A DNA stretch of 64,000 nt from Planctomycetota bacterium (GTDB lineage Bacteria; Planctomycetota; Planctomycetia; Pirellulales; UBA1268): contig JANNSZ010000007.1 in the NCBI GenBank assembly GCA_031403195.1, positions 108,238 through 172,237 on the forward strand, in the 5' to 3' direction. Both the position numbers and the translations under genes were made by a program. This document shows positions 59,901 to 64,000 of the stretch, piece after piece (position 1 is the stretch's first letter; each line of letters opens with the position of its first letter). The notes beneath the pieces are model-generated. The model had not been told where the DNA came from and ran no database searches. It was given only the letters and a program-made list of their open reading frames with translations.

Positions 59901-62062
59901 GCTACGAGCATGACGATGTCAGCCCTGTGACAAGCCAGGAAGAGAGTGACGCGATCCTGACGGCGTACGCACTCGGCCAACTCACTGGCGCGGAGCGCGA
60001 GGCCGCTGAGGCCATGCTGGCCCAGGGCGAAGCCGAGGCCGCGCGACAGCACGTCGCAGAAGTTTCACAGTGCGCTGCCGCGCTTGCCGCCGTGCGAGAA
60101 AGCGATCTCCCGGAGCGATCAGCCGAGCTTCGCCGCGCGGTCATCGCGGCTGTTGCGAAGAGTGGAAAGCCGGTCGTGCCAGCGGTTGGGCCGGTGAAAC
60201 GTCATCGGGGCATGCAGCGGCTAGCCGAAGCAGGCGTGGTCGCTGCCACGCTCGCTCTCGTGGCATTTCTCTTGTTGCCGCCTGTGCAGCGAGCGCGCGA
60301 GGTGGCGCGGCGCGTTGTTGACGCAGAGAGCGATGCTTCGGTCTCTCAGCTGCTCGGGGCATCAGGGCCTGGGACCCCTGAATCCTTCGCGTACGACGCG
60401 CGGTTCAGCGACGTGCATGGCTCAACGCCAAGTCCCGATCTTCAGCCGGAGTACGGACGTTCCGTTAAGGGTTCGGATGCGAAAGAGGGGCGTCGCCAAG
60501 GGGAGTTCAGTCAATCAGTAAACTTTCCAGACGAAGACAGTTGGCGTGAACTGACGAAGGCTCGAACCAAGTATGAAAGCGCCGACCCGTTTATCCGCAC
60601 GAGGGCCGGGCAGGAGGGGCGTGAGCGATACAACCACTTCATCGAGAATCGCTTCCTCGCGCCATCCGACCATCCGCTCTCGACGTTCTCAATCGATGTC
60701 GATACCGCGTCGTATGCCAACGTGCGGCGGTTTCTCATGGGCGGTCAGCGGCCGCCGCGGGATGCCGTACGGATCGAGGAGTTCGTCAACTATTTTTCAT
60801 ATGGCGACCCGGCGCCCACGGGCGACGTGCCCTTCTCGGTGAATATGGAAGCGGCGGCCTGCCCGTGGCACCCGAATCACCAGATTGTTCGCATTGGCCT
60901 GGCCGGTTGCGATGTGGCCCGTGACCAGCGGCCTGCCGGCAACCTCGTGTTCCTCGTGGATGTGTCGGGCTCCATGGCCGATGGCGACAAGCTGCCGCTG
61001 GTGAAGCAATCGCTCATGATGCTCGTCGATGAGCTGACGGAGAATGATCGCGTGGCGATTGTGACGTATGCCGGTGATGCCGGCCTGCGGCTGCCGTCGA
61101 CGAGCGGTGATCAGAAAGCAAAAATCCGCAAGGCGATCGAATCGCTCTCCTCCGGTGGCTCCACGCATGGCAGCGCCGGGATCACGCTGGCCTACGAACA
61201 GGCGGCGGAACGATTCATTCAGGGGGGCGCTAATCGCGTGATCCTCGCGACCGATGGCGACCTCAATGTCGGTATCACGAGCGACGACGCCCTCGTCGAG
61301 CTCATCTCGCGTATGGCGAAAGGCGGCACGTTTCTGACAGTGCTCGGCTTCGGCCAGGGTAATCTCCAAGACGAAAAAATGGAGAAGCTCGCCGATAAGG
61401 GCAATGGGGTCTACGCCTACATCGACAGTGTTCGCGAGGCTCGCAAGGTGCTTGTGGAGCAGCTCACCGGAAGTACGATCACGATCGCCAAGGACGTGAA
61501 GATTCAGGTCGAGTTCAATCCGGCCCGCGTGGCCTCGTACCGCCTTCTGGGATACGAAAACCGGGCCCTCGCTGACCGTGATTTTCGGGACGACACCAAG
61601 GACGCCGGCGAGATTGGGGCGGGTCACGGCGTGACGGCGCTCTACGAGATCAAGCTCGTTGGTGATGATACGGCGGGCGAAGTCGGAGGTGCCGAGCCGC
61701 TCAAGTATCAGCCGCAACCAAAGCCCGCCTCGCAGCCCGCTCCGGCCCCTGAGGCCGATGCCGACGTGAGCCGCGAGCTCCTTACTGTGAAGCTTCGCTA
61801 CAAAGAGCCCGATGGCGACACGAGCCGGCTCATTGAAGTGCCGCTGGCTGATGCAGGGAAGGCGTTTGAAGATGCCTCGGCCGATCTGCGGTTTGCGTCA
61901 GCCGTGGCGGCATTCGGAATGATCCTCCGTGGGAGCGAGCATTCCGGTGGAGCCACACTGCCGATGGTGGGCAAGATCGCTGCGGGAGCCCTTGGCACCG
62001 ATGACGGCGGCTACCGTGCCGAGTTTCTCGACCTCGTCCGCCGTGCTGAGCAGGCGCGATGA
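59897..62062 (+). CDS. anti-sigma-like N-terminus + TM + periplasmic vWA domain protein (YfbK-like)
   Basis: Translationally coupled to the ECF sigma. Cytoplasmic helical N-terminus, TM VVAATLALVAFLLLPP, then STFSIDVDTASYANVRRFL..IEEFVNYFSY and the MIDAS motif LVFLVDVSGSMADGDKLPLVK. C-terminal domain LRFASAVAAFGMILRGS. Confidence 0.88.
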   Translation: MSYEHDDVSPVTSQEESDAILTAYALGQLTGAEREAAEAMLAQGEAEAARQHVAEVSQCAAALAAVRESDLPERSAELRRAVIAAVAKSGKPVVPAVGPVKRHRGMQRLAEAGVVAATLALVAFLLLPPVQRAREVARRVVDAESDASVSQLLGASGPGTPESFAYDARFSDVHGSTPSPDLQPEYGRSVKGSDAKEGRRQGEFSQSVNFPDEDSWRELTKARTKYESADPFIRTRAGQEGRERYNHFIENRFLAPSDHPLSTFSIDVDTASYANVRRFLMGGQRPPRDAVRIEEFVNYFSYGDPAPTGDVPFSVNMEAAACPWHPNHQIVRIGLAGCDVARDQRPAGNLVFLVDVSGSMADGDKLPLVKQSLMMLVDELTENDRVAIVTYAGDAGLRLPSTSGDQKAKIRKAIESLSSGGSTHGSAGITLAYEQAAERFIQGGANRVILATDGDLNVGITSDDALVELISRMAKGGTFLTVLGFGQGNLQDEKMEKLADKGNGVYAYIDSVREARKVLVEQLTGSTITIAKDVKIQVEFNPARVASYRLLGYENRALADRDFRDDTKDAGEIGAGHGVTALYEIKLVGDDTAGEVGGAEPLKYQPQPKPASQPAPAPEADADVSRELLTVKLRYKEPDGDTSRLIEVPLADAGKAFEDASADLRFASAVAAFGMILRGSEHSGGATLPMVGKIAAGALGTDDGGYRAEFLDLVRRAEQAR

Positions 62063-62210
62063 CGATCGCGTAGACTGTCGGCCTTGGGTGGACTTCAGCA
62101 TCCTGCACTGGTCACCCAAACACTGGTGCCCAACGTTGCCGACGCCTCTCTCGCCCACCGTACCGCAGCTCCCATTTAGAACGGGGCCGGAGCGCTGGGC
62201 GGTAGTCACG

Positions 62211-62684
62211 ATGGCAGTCAGGCAGTCACAATTCTTGATGTCAAACAGGGAACCTCACGTGCTCACGATTTCCGGCAAGACGGCAGGGCGACGGAAGCCG
62301 CTCTTTGAAGATTTCGGCGTTCCTCTGCCGCCTGACTTTGGCGAGGGGCGAGGGCTCACGCTCCGCGACCTGATTGAGCGAGTCGTGAGTGAAGAAATCG
62401 ATGCCTTCAAGAAGCGTCAGTCGGGACGGCAGCTCATCCGTTGTCTTTCCGCGGATCAGATCGAAGTCGCAGCAGAACAAGGGAAAGTCGACTCAGGTGG
62501 CCGTGCCTTGCGGCAGCACGTCGATGAAGACGCCGCCGTTGCCACGGCCTTGACCGCGTTTGAAGACGGCATCTATCTGGTCGTCATCGACGGTGAGGAA
62601 CGCCGTTGCCTTGACGACCAAATCTTCCTGCAGGCCGATAGTCGCATGACGTTCATCCGGCTCGCACTCCTCGCGGGCGGCTAA
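62211..62684 (+). CDS. hypothetical protein (148-157 aa)
   Basis: Start at ATG 62211 or 62238, neither with a clear SD. ...LTLRDLIERVVSEEIDAFKKRQSGRQLIRCLSADQIEVAAEQGKVDSGG...GIYLVVIDGEERRCLDDQIFL... has a soluble alpha/beta-like composition. No family recognised. Confidence 0.5.
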   Translation: MAVRQSQFLMSNREPHVLTISGKTAGRRKPLFEDFGVPLPPDFGEGRGLTLRDLIERVVSEEIDAFKKRQSGRQLIRCLSADQIEVAAEQGKVDSGGRALRQHVDEDAAVATALTAFEDGIYLVVIDGEERRCLDDQIFLQADSRMTFIRLALLAGG

Positions 62685-62757
62685 TTGGCGCAGGCTCCAT
62701 CTTTTCAGCACAAGTTCGAGCCTTGATCCTCGTCACCTCCTTCACCCGAGGCAACGC

Positions 62758-64000
62758 ATGCTCACCCTCGAAGTCGCCAAGGCCAGGCTGGCCGAATGGC
62801 AACTCGACCGCAGCGAAACGGATACCGATCAAGCAAATGCTCGAAGGACGCGGGTCCTTACCCGCATGCGCGGGCTTGCTGCTCCAACGCGGGCCGTGGC
62901 CTTCGCGTTGACCGGCTACTCAGAGGACGGTCAACGGCATGGCAATGACGATTGGGCGGCAGAGCGACTGGCTTTTGCAACCGCGGCGCGGCAACTGGAT
63001 GAGCTGTCTCCCGATGAGCTACGTGCGGTGTTCGAGGCGTTCTTGCCGGGACTGACTCCCCTTGTCGCCGACACGTTTCAGTTCCTGAAGCGGCTCCCTT
63101 GCCAAGACTACGGAGGCAGAAAGCCGTTTCGATCGTTCCGGGATCGCCATACGGCCGTGGGGCGAGCCCGATGGCTCGACAACATGCGGCAGTCGCTCGA
63201 GATCTATCGGCCAGATATCCTGACACCAGCATGGCTTGCCGCGTGGGCGCCGTACCTGGGGCGTCATTCTCGTGCGCCATGCAACGAGGACGTGGCGTAC
63301 CTCCTGGCTTCCGTGATCGATGGCGGCGGTCTCGAGGCTCACGAGGTGCTGGAGATTCTTCAGGCCTCGGCTACCAACGAACATGAGGTCGGGTCGATGG
63401 GGCGGCACGTCCCTCGGGCTCTCCTGACCTGTTCGAACCCCGATGCATGGGAGTTCATCGAAAAACTCCTCCTAGCCGCCCAGCGGCAGGAGGGACTGCG
63501 GCAAGTCATCCTGCAAACCGTCGATGAGGCTCACCCCGAGGCCTTCCGCCGGATGGTCCGGCTGATCTTGGAGCACGACCTCGTACGGTTCAGTTCGGTC
63601 GTGCAAGCCGTCAATGGTTGGGTGAGCCTGGCGTGGGATTCGGCCAGTGCCGGCGTCATCAAGAAATCGCTCGAGTCGATTCTGCTCTACCTGGATGACG
63701 AAGTCGCCCGCGACGCGGCCATCGAGGGTAAGGATGCCCAGGAGACGTTTTTTGGACTCTGGGCCGTGGCCTTTGACGATGTGGGGGCCGCGATCCAACG
63801 GGCAGCTCCTCTGGCGACGCACAAGAAAGCAGAGACGCGATTTGCGGCGGTCACTTTTCTCTGCCATGCCGGGGTGGAAGAGTGCGCAACGGCGCTGGCA
63901 CAGGCTGCGAAGGACGACGACCTGCGCGTTGCTCTTTTGGCCCTGCGCGGCCTTCCGCCACTCGATGCTGAGCAAGATGCCGCGTTGATCCACGATGTCT
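62758..64000 (+). CDS. large helical-repeat (HEAT/ARM-like) protein, first 414 codons only (continues past the right edge)
   Basis: Not in the ORF track (no stop in the window). ATG at 62758 with GAGG 6 nt upstream. Uninterrupted frame to 64000: MLTLEVAKARLAEWQLDRSE...EKLLLAAQRQEGLRQVILQTVDEAHPEAFRRMVRLILEHD...KKAETRFAAVTFLCHAGVEECATALAQAAKDDDLRVALLALRGLPP. The last segments look like HEAT repeats. Confidence 0.6.
   Translation, partial: MLTLEVAKARLAEWQLDRSETDTDQANARRTRVLTRMRGLAAPTRAVAFALTGYSEDGQRHGNDDWAAERLAFATAARQLDELSPDELRAVFEAFLPGLTPLVADTFQFLKRLPCQDYGGRKPFRSFRDRHTAVGRARWLDNMRQSLEIYRPDILTPAWLAAWAPYLGRHSRAPCNEDVAYLLASVIDGGGLEAHEVLEILQASATNEHEVGSMGRHVPRALLTCSNPDAWEFIEKLLLAAQRQEGLRQVILQTVDEAHPEAFRRMVRLILEHDLVRFSSVVQAVNGWVSLAWDSASAGVIKKSLESILLYLDDEVARDAAIEGKDAQETFFGLWAVAFDDVGAAIQRAAPLATHKKAETRFAAVTFLCHAGVEECATALAQAAKDDDLRVALLALRGLPPLDAEQDAALIHDV

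Overview
GC-rich (roughly 60-65% by eye) bacterial chromosomal segment. The gene architecture suggests a Planctomycetota-like organism: an orphan tRNA-Ile/tRNA-Ala pair with no rRNA nearby, a fused aroD-aroE, an ECF sigma with a vWA anti-sigma, and an FHA-GAF-PP2C protein. This taxonomic call is inference only. The window is dominated by core genes. These are typA, rpsU, nadC, uvrB, a complete F1Fo ATP synthase operon (atpZ/I-like, B, E, F, H, A, G, D, C), a chemosensory cluster (cheA-cheW-mcp-cheR-cheB plus a divergent second mcp), cysE, hisAH, aroK, aroDE, aroC, mutL, pnp, rpsO, purC, and three tRNAs. About 20 genes from 28.5 to 56.1 kb all lie on the minus strand. Accessory-looking content is limited to four regions: an imuA-imuB-dnaE2 mutagenesis cassette, a divergent SNF2 helicase / SWIM zinc-finger pair, a BASS transporter / GNAT-membrane fusion pair, and an ECF sigma / anti-sigma-vWA pair followed by two unassignable ORFs. 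The last of those ORFs runs off the right edge and is missing from the ORF track. I found no CRISPR array, transposase, integrase, rRNA or recognisable defence island, and no convincing multi-gene novel system. The best second-look items are: (1) the SNF2/SWIM pair next to the SOS cassette, with a GTAC-N4-GTAC palindrome upstream of imuA; (2) in-frame tandem repeats inside imuA; (3) a palindromic repeat present as a compact hairpin at 46.8 kb and as a split, nested copy at 28.3 kb; (4) a histidine-kinase relic fused H-box to G1-box right after uvrB; (5) the two unassigned ORFs at 62.2-64.0 kb. Many long ORFs in the track are antisense shadows of recognisable genes and were rejected. Several track start codons are non-ATG or too far upstream, and I adjusted them by homology and by Shine-Dalgarno position.
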